This document shows positions 1 to 12,291 of a stretch of DNA of 64,000 nt, piece after piece. Every line of letters starts with the position of its first letter. The stretch's first letter is position 1. This stretch comes from Antedon mediterranea (lineage: Eukaryota > Animalia > Echinodermata): positions 2,310,422-2,374,421 of the forward strand of contig NC_092678.1 of the NCBI RefSeq assembly GCF_964355755.1. The letters are read 5' to 3'. Below the pieces are notes generated by a model. That model saw nothing but the letters and a program-made list of their open reading frames with translations, ran no database searches and was not told the DNA's origin. The position numbers and the translations under genes were made by a program.

Positions 1-128
1 ATGCAAAAACGCAATAAGTTGACCAATTACAAGTGGATTATACTTGTTGCCATTGGCTTGTATTGCGCTTATGTTCTTGCGTTGCAAACTAGTAAGAACC
101 AAGCTTAACGCTTATTTTAAGGTCTTAC

Positions 129-450
129 ATGGCAGGAACTCAAGAAACCTCTGGTACTTTTGCTACTACTGTACATCCCTGCAACTACAGTAGTGATGAT
201 GAAAAACTAATTTATAAATCATAATGCTAGGTTTTTTCAACACTGCAGATAGATATTATACAACTTACTTTAATAATGCCACATGCAGTACTGTAACCTG
301 TACAAAGATGTTTATAGTTGCGTCATATACCCACAACTTACAATATTTTTTTGGCAATAATAATACAATACAGAAGCCAACAGCCAATAATCTTTAATTA
401 CTGAAACATTATAAATCTTAACCGTTTTCTTTGCTATGCAATTTGAACAT
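129..450 (-). CDS. Possible first coding exons of a minus-strand gene continuing off the left edge (MFKLHSKENGMYSSSKSTRGFLSSCH...)
   Basis: ATG at 450-448 preceded by an in-frame stop. Exon 450-423 ends at donor gttaag. Exon 178-129 is flanked by ttgcag/gtaaga and stays open in the matching phase. A strong minus-strand donor (ag/gtaagt) near 3738 could end a 5' UTR exon. No homology recognised. Confidence 0.3.
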
Positions 451-3400
451 ACAATTTCGTTAAACATCCCGTTCTGATTGAACTGGATGTGCAAAACAAC
501 AACAGGATCTCGTTTTGCCGTTACAGTCCTTCGAGGCGTATCGTTCACAAACCCCAATCCAATTTCCACCCAAGGCCCACTAGGCGAACTTGCTATTTAC
601 TTCATGGAAATAAACACATCCAGGCAAAAAAATCAACTTAAAAAAAACCCTTTCTCTCAAAGGAGTACTTTGAATTTTAATGGCTCAAAAATGAACCATT
701 TAAAATTAGCAAACTGGGCAAAACTCACATAAACAGCATCATTAACGGAAAAATGCACAACATTAAGTAATGTGATCCTATTTGATAAAATGTTTGAAGA
801 GAATGACATTGCTGATTATGTGAAAATTAAAAGTCATGTGCAAGATGTAACTTAATCTGGGGCTTAACACTTTGAAGGGTAGTGTGTGACCCTTTGGTGA
901 ACCTACTGTGCAGGGAATATTAAAACCATTTAACAAATTAAATGAATGTTCTATAATTTTTAAATAGATTCATGGCGGTCTACAGTGAATTTACTGTGTA
1001 TGTCATAGCAATTTCATTATTATATTTTAAATCTAATATGAATATGATATGAATGCTACTGTAGGCCCTAGATCAGTTTTGCCTTGCTTAGTGTATTATA
1101 AATATTATCTAATATTACACTTATTTCTAATAAGCGCAAAATAGATGCACAGTTGTCTATTGTAAGTTCATATTACTTAATAAATGAATGATCTAAGATG
1201 CGATATTTATTGCTAGGCCCTTCACAAATAGGATGACAGCTGTGTAGTCATGCCTTTGTTGTGGAAGCTGGGCATATCAATGAGAAACTCAGCAGTCCAT
1301 CTCACTGGGTAAACACCGTCGACTCACACAACAAACCTTAGGTAAACAAATACTCTTATGTTGCTTTCAATTTTCTACTGCGGATCAATTTCATGCATTA
1401 ATTTCATTTTATCTGCGCTAAATTCAATTGTACACACCTTAGCAGTATGGTCTCATCCACACTTAGTACTTTGAAATATAAATGACAAGAAAACGTCATC
1501 GACATACATATTGTTTAGATGAGATGTTCCCTGTCTATTTGGGTCAAACAAAAAAAAACCTATTTTAGAAAACAAGATTTTTAAAATGGGAGAATACATG
1601 GGTCTATGGTACCAATTACAGTACATTTATAATACCATTTCTGTTAAAATGAATTATTTTAGTAAACAGAAATACTTACTGTGTACGGTAATGTTCTACC
1701 ATACATATACTTACTATAGTTTTATACAAATACTAAGGACCGATTTTAGTACAACACAATACTATTTAACTGGACTGGTTTTATAGAGTACTACTGTAAC
1801 TGCAGTGTACAGTACTGTAGGTGTTGAGAAAGTTTCCGGTTTCGGGAGAGTTGACTGTAGTTGATTATCGATAAATTATGACAATTTGTGTATGCAGAGA
1901 GCAAAGCAGAGAAATGCAATCAATATATGTGTATCCTTTAATTCAATTACTCATCATAACATACTGTACAAGCTAGGTGGTCTATACACTGCAATATTCT
2001 TAAGCAAGAAACTACTGTACACATATCATTCAAGTTATATACAGTACAGTATTACCTGGCAAAATACTGGCCAATTGTTAACATTTAATATTAATATTTT
2101 TATAATGTAATTTATTTTTAAAAACCCTTACTGTACTACAGTTGACTACTGTACTGTAATGGGACTGGCATAAAAAGTTACGCTAATTTTGAATTACGGA
2201 TTTGTAAAAAAAATGCTAGTTCTGTTATTATTTTTATGAATTTCTATTTTAAAATTGAAATAACTAATATTTATAATAATATTTATAGATAGCACTGTTA
2301 TACAAATATCCAAAACAAACTAATGTATAAATAACAATATCAATTGTGAGACAATAATATTTTTAAAACAATTCTAATTTGGTACAAATGACTTTTCTCT
2401 GGGTCTGAGAAAATGACACATGACATTTATAAATACTTCTATAGTCTGTCTATCATAATTTTAGGTTTGATAATAATTATCAACAAATTCAAATACTGTT
2501 GAAGATATAAATAGAAATGAAAATAAGCAATTAAACTTTTGACTAAAACACATCATGTGAATGCAATGCAACCAGGGGCAATACTGTACAATTTTAAATT
2601 AATAATTTCAAATGATATTAAAAATAATATTATTTGCTAATGCATAAAATATGTGCACTATAAATACACAGGCAATAAAACTGCCATATTGGTTTTACTA
2701 CTTAAAATATTAATTATGTAAAAATTGAATATGAAGGCATTGTTAATATTAAAATATTAAATTCTCTGATAAGGGAATGATCCATTGGCAGAAAATGAAA
2801 TAAAATCTCAAAGATGAGATTGTTTATTTTGTTATCATCATCATTCCTTGCTACCTGCTAATCCTGGCAAATGAACCATAAACAAATAAAAAGGAATGCG
2901 CTGAACAAAATATTAATCAATAATAATCAAATAAATTAAACAATAATAATTAGTAAGAGGAAAAAATCTTAGCTACAATTAGTCAACTGTTGTAATAATG
3001 ATATTGATACACACGTTTCTTATACTGGCAGACGGTACATTTAGTATCATTTCTGGCAAACTATGTATTTACTATTAATGTAAAAACTGGTTGGTTGGTT
3101 GGTCGCCTCTTACTACTCACGGTGGCCTCTTTGTAGTTTATAATTAAACATTTATTCCAGAACTGATTGTTCTGTATTTGCATTAAATAAAATTACTGTA
3201 AAATAATTGTACCTGTTATATACATGATTTAAGCAAGATCAACTGATAAAAGAAAGAATCCTTCACAAAGTCTAGGCCTAGGCCATCGTGTTATTAATTG
3301 AGTAATCGCGGCCCACATGTAAAACAGTGGCGGACATAAGCACGGTGCACGCCGGTGTGTTTGATAACTTCAGGACGAATCATTTACTGTAATTAGTGGT

Positions 3401-5006
3401 TCCTTTATTATAAATCAACGTGCGATATTTTTTTTACAGGAAAGCAGATCATTTATATCTACTCCCCAACCAAGTACTTGGACTGATTAACATCGAAGAT
3501 CCAAAGTGACATATCTTTACAATCGTGCGACCATGCATGCATGTGATATACGTACGTACGTGCATCCACAATAGCAAGGTCCGCATTTATTTCCTATGCA
3601 AATTATTTATTCGGGGCTCTGCGAAAGCCATTGCGGGCCACAAATAACAACAACTACACAAAAATAAAAATCATCAATCGTGTGCACCGGACAGCGTGAA
3701 AAACAGTTAAATTCGGAATATCGTTATAATATTACTTACCTTATATTTCTACTCAAAGAGATGAGATTGAAAGAGTATTTTCGGGTGAATTTCAGTACAA
3801 TCGCTTGTTATCAGCAGCTCCAGGCTTTGTGTACAGGCCACAACTGGATGTTTCACAATTATAAACAAACTTGAATATCATTCCGCAACGGTATCATGAT
3901 CACAATCTTTTTAAAACGTCTTATGCATTTATTGTTGGTACAGTTTGATAAAATATAAACAATGTAAATTTATATTATCAAATTCTAATTCAAAAAACAT
4001 AGAGAGATTAAAATTAATTAGAAGAAGAAATTGAAGTAGTTCCAACCGAACACATTGTTGTTAAAGGAAGCGCATCGGTCTGATATTGACGTCACACAGT
4101 TTATACACCTGCTGTGTAAACAAACCACCCCAACCGCTTCTGAGCGAATTAACCAACTATTTATTATACTTATGCTAAAAATGTTTTATACACTGAATCT
4201 CAAGCTTAAGTAGCAGTTCAAATAGCAGTAACTGCACTAATGTTACTTGGAATAAAATAAAGTTAAACCATATTAAAACAAATAATTTTTTTTGCTTTTA
4301 AAAAAAAAATAATGAAATTGTTATTATATTTTATGCCGTTATTACATACATTTTATTTGTTTTTATTGTACAAATACAAGATTTGTTTGTATTTATTTAT
4401 TAAACCTAATAGGCCTGATTTATGTTTTGAATTATTTTAATTAAGGTTTAAAACTTTATCGTTAAATATAGTATATTTACTAATGGTATTATACCTCTGA
4501 AAGTACCGAAAAGAATATTTTTTGGACAATAACTTTAAATATTATGCAATGTGTCGAAGTATGTATTTTTTTAATACTATAGTAGGCCTACAAATGCAAC
4601 TCTCAGAATTACTATTTAACTTATATATTTTGCAATAAATTAATCCAATAATAAAATATTTGTTTCATAAGATAAGAGTGCACTGTTTCTTTTTCTTTAG
4701 CTGCCGTAGGCCCACATCTAGTAGGCCTATACTAACTTTCGCGCGCAAACATTTAAGGTTTTTGATGAAGATACATTTCAGTCGTTAGATGGCGCTATAC
4801 AAGAAATTTAAATAAAGTTTCCATTTTATTGGAAACAGGAGAAAGATTTACTGTTAGACATTGCGCCCCTTAAAAAAAAAATCACTTTTCTTTGGAAATA
4901 AGACTCTAAAATTACACTTAACTTAACCACGAAGTCAAAACTTCAAAACTATTTTTGATTGATTGATAATCAGACTATTAGTTAATTAACACTTGTTTAA
5001 ATATAA

Positions 5007-5170
5007 GGGAATTCCCCATTACATAAGGGTATTCCCCTGATCACCAGCAGGTCCCTGGATTAATTCGCGCGCGCGTTTCCGTTTCTAATCAATGGCGCAT
5101 CTCTCTTGACGACGAAAGCGGATGATACATAACACGTCGTGTGTACGGGACGTGACGGAACGACTACTGA
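5007..5170. promoter_or_regulatory. CpG-rich promoter-like region upstream of tafazzin with two tandem NF-kB-like sites
   Basis: GGGAATTCCC (5007-5016) and GGGTATTCCC (5027-5036) lie 20 bp apart. They are followed by a CpG cluster (cgcgcgcgcg, gacgtgacggaa) in otherwise CpG-poor DNA. Confidence 0.4.
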
Positions 5171-6027
5171 ACCTTTTTGTCATTTTATTTATCATTTTTA
5201 GTTCCTAATGTAAGTATGAAACGAAAGAAATTGTCAAGCTTAAACTTATCAATCTGTATTTTAAGTGTTTTGTATTTATCTTGTTTTCCCTGCATATGCT
5301 TGGTTCTCCAAGTAAGCTGTCTGTGACCGAGATGTTTGTTACATTCTTGTTGTTTTTATTTGAAATAAAGTATGATTTTATACAATGGGATAAAGTCATT
5401 TAATTATAATCTAGTATTTTAATTAATATAGTATTTTAATTAATAAAAGTATACATTTCCAAATTAATTTAGGAATAGATTTAATCTGAGTGATATAATA
5501 AAACTGCACTGTAGTTGTCGGTTTTCATGTTGACATGTGGTCCGAAAAAGCTCAAATACGCTGTTCATTGGTCGTTTGTCAACAATACGCTAATGATGAG
5601 GATGACGTGCCACATACAACAGACAGCATGCAGCAGCAGGGAGGGGGAGAGAGAGAAATCGACTTTCTTTTTTATCAATCACTGTTTTTTATTCATACGT
5701 TCGCCAAAGAGGGCGGCAAACACAAATTTAATTCCATCAGAGAGTGGGATTTTTAAAAATTACGGTAAAGTACCTTTTTATTTTTTGTACACGCGCGCAC
5801 CACCACCACCAACCAAGAGAGGTCGCTAAACACAAATTATATTTCATCAGGGGCCGGTGAATTGCACTAGGCCTAGGCTAGGCCTACAGACTATTTTATC
5901 AGTGTAGGCCTAGGCCTATTGGAATCTTCTTTTTTGTAAAGAATTAAACATTATTTAAAATATTATGATACTAGGGAGTGTGTCTGGCATTAGTAATAGC
6001 TAGCAATTGCTTAAAAGTAGGGATATT

Positions 6028-9000
6028 ATGCCTTTGAAGCCAGGCCAGTGGAGATATCCATCCAAACCTGGATTTGTTTGGAAGTTCGGCACGGCGGCGA
6101 CTCATTTTGGAGTTGCTACCCTTTGCAAAGTCTGGTTAAGTACGTAGCCTAGGCTCCTAGCCTAGAGTATTTATTTGCCTTATTTGGGAAGTAATATTAC
6201 ACTGCCTTCACTTAGGCCTATCTAGGCTTAATATCATATGCATTGTTTTTAAATGTTAATAATTAATTATGAATTTATAATAAACTTTTAATTCAAAACA
6301 TTTTTTTTTAAATTTCAGATTGGTTGAACACATTAAAAACTGTAAATCTGACTGCTCTCAATAAAGCGATCAAACATCGGCCACATGACATTCCGCTGAT
6401 TACAGTTTCCAATCACACCTCGTGCCTAGATGATCCTCTTCTATGGGGTAAATATATCGCTTTTATTTCATAACATTTATTTACAAATTCTGACAAAAAA
6501 AAGGATAAGAAAATACAATGCAAGAAGTTAATGATAAAATGTCATGATGAAGAAATACATCTTGTGATGGGCGAACATTAAAAAAGAAAAAAATATGGTT
6601 CCACCAAACTTTTTTTGTGTGTGTTACTTAGGCCTATATCTAATATCTAATTATGTTTAGTTATTGTTTTTTTTTAGGTTGTATGGATTATAAAGATTTG
6701 AGGAACCGAAAGAAGACGAGATGGTATGTGAACAAAAATGTACTACTATAAATACCAACCAAATAGTCAATGATAACTTTAGGGCCAGGGGTCATATAAT
6801 CTATATAAAAATAAATGATTTACATGATATATTTGTTTTGTTTAAAGGGGGCTTCCAGCTAATGAATTGTGCTTTGAGACAACTAGGCACACATATTTCT
6901 TCCACATGGGCAAAGGCCTACCTACAATAAGAGGTAAGTAATTAACATTTAGTTTTGTGGTGTAATATTTAAGTATTCTACCTACTTACTTACTAATTAC
7001 CCTTCATCATTCATATATTTCCATAACACAAGACAACTTACCCCCTCCCCCTGTCTTCACTACACTACCCCTACTGAGTTACCACCTAAACTTTTTATCT
7101 ACCTCTCATATCTACCCCTACCTCTCATATCTACCCCTACCTCATATATTACCCCTATCTCTGATATCTACCCCTACCTCTCATATCTACCCCTACCTCA
7201 TATATTACCCCTATCTCTGATATCTACCCCTACCTCTCATATCTATCCCTACCTCTCATATCTACCCCTACCTCTCATATCTACCCCTACCTCATATATT
7301 ACCCCTATCTCTGATATCTACCCCTACCTCTCATATCTATCCCTACCTCTCATATCTACCCCTACCTCTCATATCTACCCCTACCTCATATATTACCCCT
7401 ATCTCTGATATCTACCCCTACCTCTCATATCTATCCCTACCTCTCATATCTACCCCTACCTCTCATATCTACCCCTACCTCATATATTACCCCTATCTCT
7501 GATATCTACCCCTACCTCTCATATCTATCCCTACCTCTCATATCTACCCCTACCTCTCATATCTACCCCTACCTCATATATTACCCCTATCTCTGATATC
7601 TACCCCTACCTCTCATATCTATCCCTACCTCTCATATCTACCCCTACCTCTCATATCTACCCCTACCTCATATATTACCCCTATCTCTGATATCTACCCC
7701 TACCTCTCATATCTACCCCTACCTCTTATATCTACCCCTACCTCTCATATCTACCCCTACCTCTCATATCCACCCCTACCTCTCATATCTACTCCTACCT
7801 CTCATATCTACCCCTACCTCTCATATCTACTCCTACCTCTCCTATCCACCCCTACCTCTCCTATCCACCCCTACATCTCATATCCACCCCTACCTCTCAT
7901 ATTTACCCCTACCTCTTATATCCACCCCTACCTCTCACATCTACCCCTACCTCTCATATCTACCCCTACTTCATGAGTACACATTTATTTTTACTCAGGT
8001 GATGGGGTGTACCAGAAGGCCCTTGATTTCGGAATAGAAAGGCTCAACTGTGGCGAGTGGCTTCATTTCTTTGCTGAAGGTAATACTAGTGGTAGAATAG
8101 ACATATCAGCTGATTGCATCAGTAGACATTTTCTTTTTATGTAAATTATTTTACTTATGCTCTTCTTGGGCTGGGAGATTTCTTTTCCACTACACGTAAT
8201 CCTTGGCTACAGGCTTGGCTTCCTTACAGGATATCCATGCTAACACTATTCTCACTATAAACCTCTGTTTACACTATCAAACTAGTATGACAAAAAAAGT
8301 GTGATGTGCCTAAATATGGTAGCCATATGCCCAAATATGGTAATGATATGCAACTATACTCTAAGTAATTCTCATGTGGGACTTGAACCTACGACTTCCA
8401 GATCACCTCTAGTTGTTTTTTTCTAATTTTTTTTTTCAGGAAAAGTTAACATGACAAGAGAGTTCATAAGGTTAAAATGGGGTAAGTCTTTATTAAATTT
8501 TTTGCAACATATCAGTCTACAAATATCTTGATTCCTCTAGCCTTGGCTATCAGCTTTCACCAACCCTATCACTGAAATGTTACTCCAGGCTTACGCGAGC
8601 GAGTCAGAAGAGGCTACAAATACTAATTAACATTTCTTTTATAGGAGTTGGTAGGGCTATAATGGAGTGCAATAAAGCACCAATAGTGCTTCCATTTTGG
8701 CATCAGGGAATGGAGAACATATTACCAAACAGAGCACCATATATACCAAGAATCGGGAAAAAGATCACGATAGTTTTTGGTGAGCCAATAGATTTGAAAG
8801 AAATTCTAGAAGGAATGAAGAAACATAATTTAAATCCAGTAAGTAAATTTCATTTTTCATCTTTTTATATATTTCATATATTCATGTTTTATAAGAGCCT
8901 GTATTAAAAGGTGACATGCAATCTGGCCATTGATGACATGCAATCTGGCCATTGATGACATGCAATCTGGCCATTGATGACATGCAATCTGGCCATTGAT

Positions 9001-9352
9001 GACATGCAATCTGGCCATTGATGACATGCAATCTGGCCATTGATGACATGCAATCTGGCCATTGATGACATGCAATCTGGCCATTGGCCACAAGTTGTAA
9101 TGTTGCTATTTTGTTTTTGAATAAAACACTATATAATAATAGTATAAAGTATAAAAAAAAATGTATATAATAAAAAATCATATATGTCCCATATTGGGAA
9201 GTGCTACACTTGTTACCTTTTATACACTTATCATTTCTGTTTTACTATTTTAGGTGGCAATACGAAAAAAATTAACAGATATAATCGAAGAGGAGATGAA
9301 GCCGCTAAAAATACAGGCAGAAGCGTTACATGACAGTTTACTGCTAAAATAA
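6028..9352 (+). CDS. TAZ: Tafazzin (cardiolipin transacylase), 8 coding exons, 262 aa
   Basis: Exons 6028-6139, 6319-6447, 6678-6723, 6848-6933, 7999-8079, 8440-8481, 8645-8838, 9254-9352, all GT-AG and phase-consistent. Translation contains PLITVSNHTSCLDDPLLWG (HxxxxD motif), GDGVYQKALDF, EGKVNM, RLKWGVGR and IVLPFWHQGM. Confidence 0.96.
7092..7970. repeat. 19-bp minisatellite (ATCTACCCCTACCTCTCAT) with a 94-bp higher-order period, tafazzin intron 4
   Basis: Tandem copies are visible directly. The variant unit tatattacccctatctctga recurs every 94 bp (7201, 7295, 7389, 7483, 7577, 7671). Confidence 0.95.
8913..9088. repeat. 22-bp tandem repeat (GACATGCAATCTGGCCATTGAT), about 8 copies, tafazzin intron 7
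   Basis: Exact tandem copies. They account for the spurious minus-strand ORFs 8857-9093 and 8882-9181. Confidence 0.95.
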
Positions 9353-12291
9353 CATTACGTAATGCTGAATATGCAATCAATATAGCTCATAAAATGAATA
9401 AATTACACCATTTTGATGTCTTGAATTGGTATGGCCCTGTAATGTTAATCCAAATAAGAAGACCAAATAGACTTAGAAAATATAAACGTTACAGTACAGA
9501 CTTGAATACAAGCCCACCATGGTAACTAGCCCACCATGGTAACTAGCCCACCCTGGGTAATTGTACGTGTGAAACTACCTCTATTGTGAATTAAGAAGTT
9601 AACTCTGTCATCTCTCAGTGGAGTAAAGAAATGTATAACAATTGCATCTGAAATTGATAATAAAAATGTCTATTTTTATAGTATTTGAAGATTTGCACAA
9701 GAAAAAAGATATATAAAGTTGATACTATTTTATTCTGGTTTTCATCTTTAAAACTTAATTTAATTTCTACAATAATTGAATACTGTTAAATTATTACTCT
9801 GTCGTCTTTTTCCACAAAAGGCAGTAATAAATAAACATTTAAATAACTAAAAATAAAACTGTATTATTGAAAGAAAATAAATGTTATTGTTGATAAATGT
9901 ATTGTATAAGATTTATTATTATTATTGTTTTTTAATTAAATTTGTTTTCAATAAAAATTTGAAACGAAAAAATATTTTATTGTATTTTATTTATAAATGT
10001 TTATTGTAAAAGATTAATTATTGATAATGTTTTTAAATAATTTTTTTAGAATTTTTGTCAAAAATTTTTCTAATAAAATAAATTACTTGCCATTATATTG
10101 GTTTTTTTTATTTGTCTTATTTACAGTGTACATATATTTTTATCATGATTTTACCAATAGTAGTATCGAAAAATAAATTAATATTTCTATTAAAAAAAAT
10201 AACTTTCGAAACTAAAATAAAATGTGGACATTAATTCATGAGACATAAACATGTACCCTATTCACGAAATGTTGTTGTCCTCGAATTTCACACGTAAAAT
10301 ACGCGCGAGACTGATGTTACAAAATTATGACTATAACGATAATTAAAATTATTTTTTTATCACATTTGTGCCTCCACTGATAAAAATTGAAAGGCTTCCG
10401 ATCAACAGTAGGCCTATACAGAATAATAATTTAATAGAGCGGAAAATATCATGGGTAATATCTGTAATATCTGGGCACAGTGCTAGACGTATAACTGTGA
10501 AGATATTGAAATTCCCAAATGAATATTAAATTAATATGAATCCCATGAAAAATAGATATAAGATCAATATGTTTTAGCTACCTCTTACTAGTAGTAGACC
10601 ATGTCTCATACGATGTGTTTAAAAGAAATCTTTAACATGAAAAGGTGGTCGTTTTAAGTGGTCCTATAATAGAAACAGACATTAATTTTTTTTCGCTATT
10701 ATCGAACGAAAAATTATGTTAAACAGTTACCGTATAGTTTGACGTAATGAATTGGATTAAAACAAACCGATGTTATCAGCATGGCAATTTTAATTGATTA
10801 ATAATTTATTACAATAGACGTACATAAAGTTCAGAAACTTTTTAATGAAACTTTTATAACTTTATAATAAAAAATATATAAAAAACATACGCACGTATAA
10901 GGAAACCCACCTTTTGTTTGGTTTTATAAACGCAACGTGTAGTAAGAGGGCGCCAGATAACACGCTACGTAGGAAGTGGCAAGAGGCGTCCTTTTCCGAG
11001 CCCGCTCTTCGTAAGCGCAGTTGTTTAGCAGAAGAACCCATGATTAATTTGTTTTGGCATAAAGTTTGAAAGGTAGTACTTATATATATTATTGGGGTAG
11101 TGACATGTATGTTTCAATATGTTAACTGGAACAACGTACAACACACAATGTGTGTTGTTAGGGAGATAGACGTCTGTGATTAAATTACAGAGTGCTAAAT
11201 ACATGATGGCCGTGCGGCGCAAACGCCACACTCTATAAAACGCCAACGCTGTACGGTTGTGTTTGCGTCCCTTTGAGCGAGTCACTGCGCACTGGGTCAT
11301 GATTATTTTAGCTAACATGGGTAGAAAGGAGTGGGCCTAGACTATTTTTTAGTCGCCGATATTTTATAACATAAACCACCTGTATTACTACAATGTTCAC
11401 TGGTGGAAATCAGACACATAACCCATGATAGTTAACGATAATTTACTTGTTTTAACAACGGCGAATGTGGATAATTGAATCCATCCCCGCCGCTTGTCGA
11501 GATCTCCCAGAGTGTTTCGTCATCAAAAAGTTCAAATAATCATTCCTATCGCAACATACGACTCGATGCAATACATAATAATTAATATTATTTTCTAAAC
11601 ACTTCCGAATTTAATTCCACTGAAAATGTGTTTCTTGTATTTATATAAAAGCAAATAAATGTTGAAATTGTATATTATTAATGATTATTAAAAACAGTGA
11701 TCAAGCTAAGCCTAGGCCTACTGTAGCTAGACAGGTTTCCCTTCTTTCTAGCTAGCTAGTTACTAGGCCTAGACTGGCTAAGCCAATATAAGAAATATGA
11801 AGAAAAATGAATTGTTGAAATTGCAGATTGGAATAAGTGTGCATCTGGATGTGCTATAAAATTATTGATGAAATAAAAATCTAATACAGTATAAATTGTA
11901 CCACCAAATAGATTATTTGCACATATTATATTCCGAAATATATAAAAGAAGGCGTTGGTCATGGAATAACTTATTAAATTATAATTATACCTAGTCTTAC
12001 TACTCTGATTTTATGTCAATGATTAAATTGTTCATGTGGTGTAGGAATATGCCCTTTTTTTGTTGTTTATTACCCAGTGTGCCATACATATGCCAACGCT
12101 CCCATTTTAGCTGCGAGACTGCCACATTTTGGACTTGTATCCCGGCCTAAGATTATTCTTCCTCCCGTTTATCCACATTTTCTTTCGTATTACAACAAGG
12201 CCTACAGAGTCAGTCTATATTATTGTGAATCCGCAACTTTCAATTCTCGTTGTTTTACATTGTAGGGTTGGTGCACAATAACTGTTACAAA

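Noticed and set aside
312-732. ORFs 312-569 (minus) and 478-732 (plus) as standalone genes
   Set aside because: Non-ATG starts and no homology. The region is better explained as a spliced 5' exon of a minus-strand gene, which is itself low confidence.
8535-8625. Hairpin followed by ACA in tafazzin intron 6
   Set aside because: Only one irregular hairpin, with no convincing 5' hairpin plus H box.
8857-9181. Cys/His-rich repetitive minus-strand ORFs
   Set aside because: Translations of the 22-bp intronic tandem repeat.
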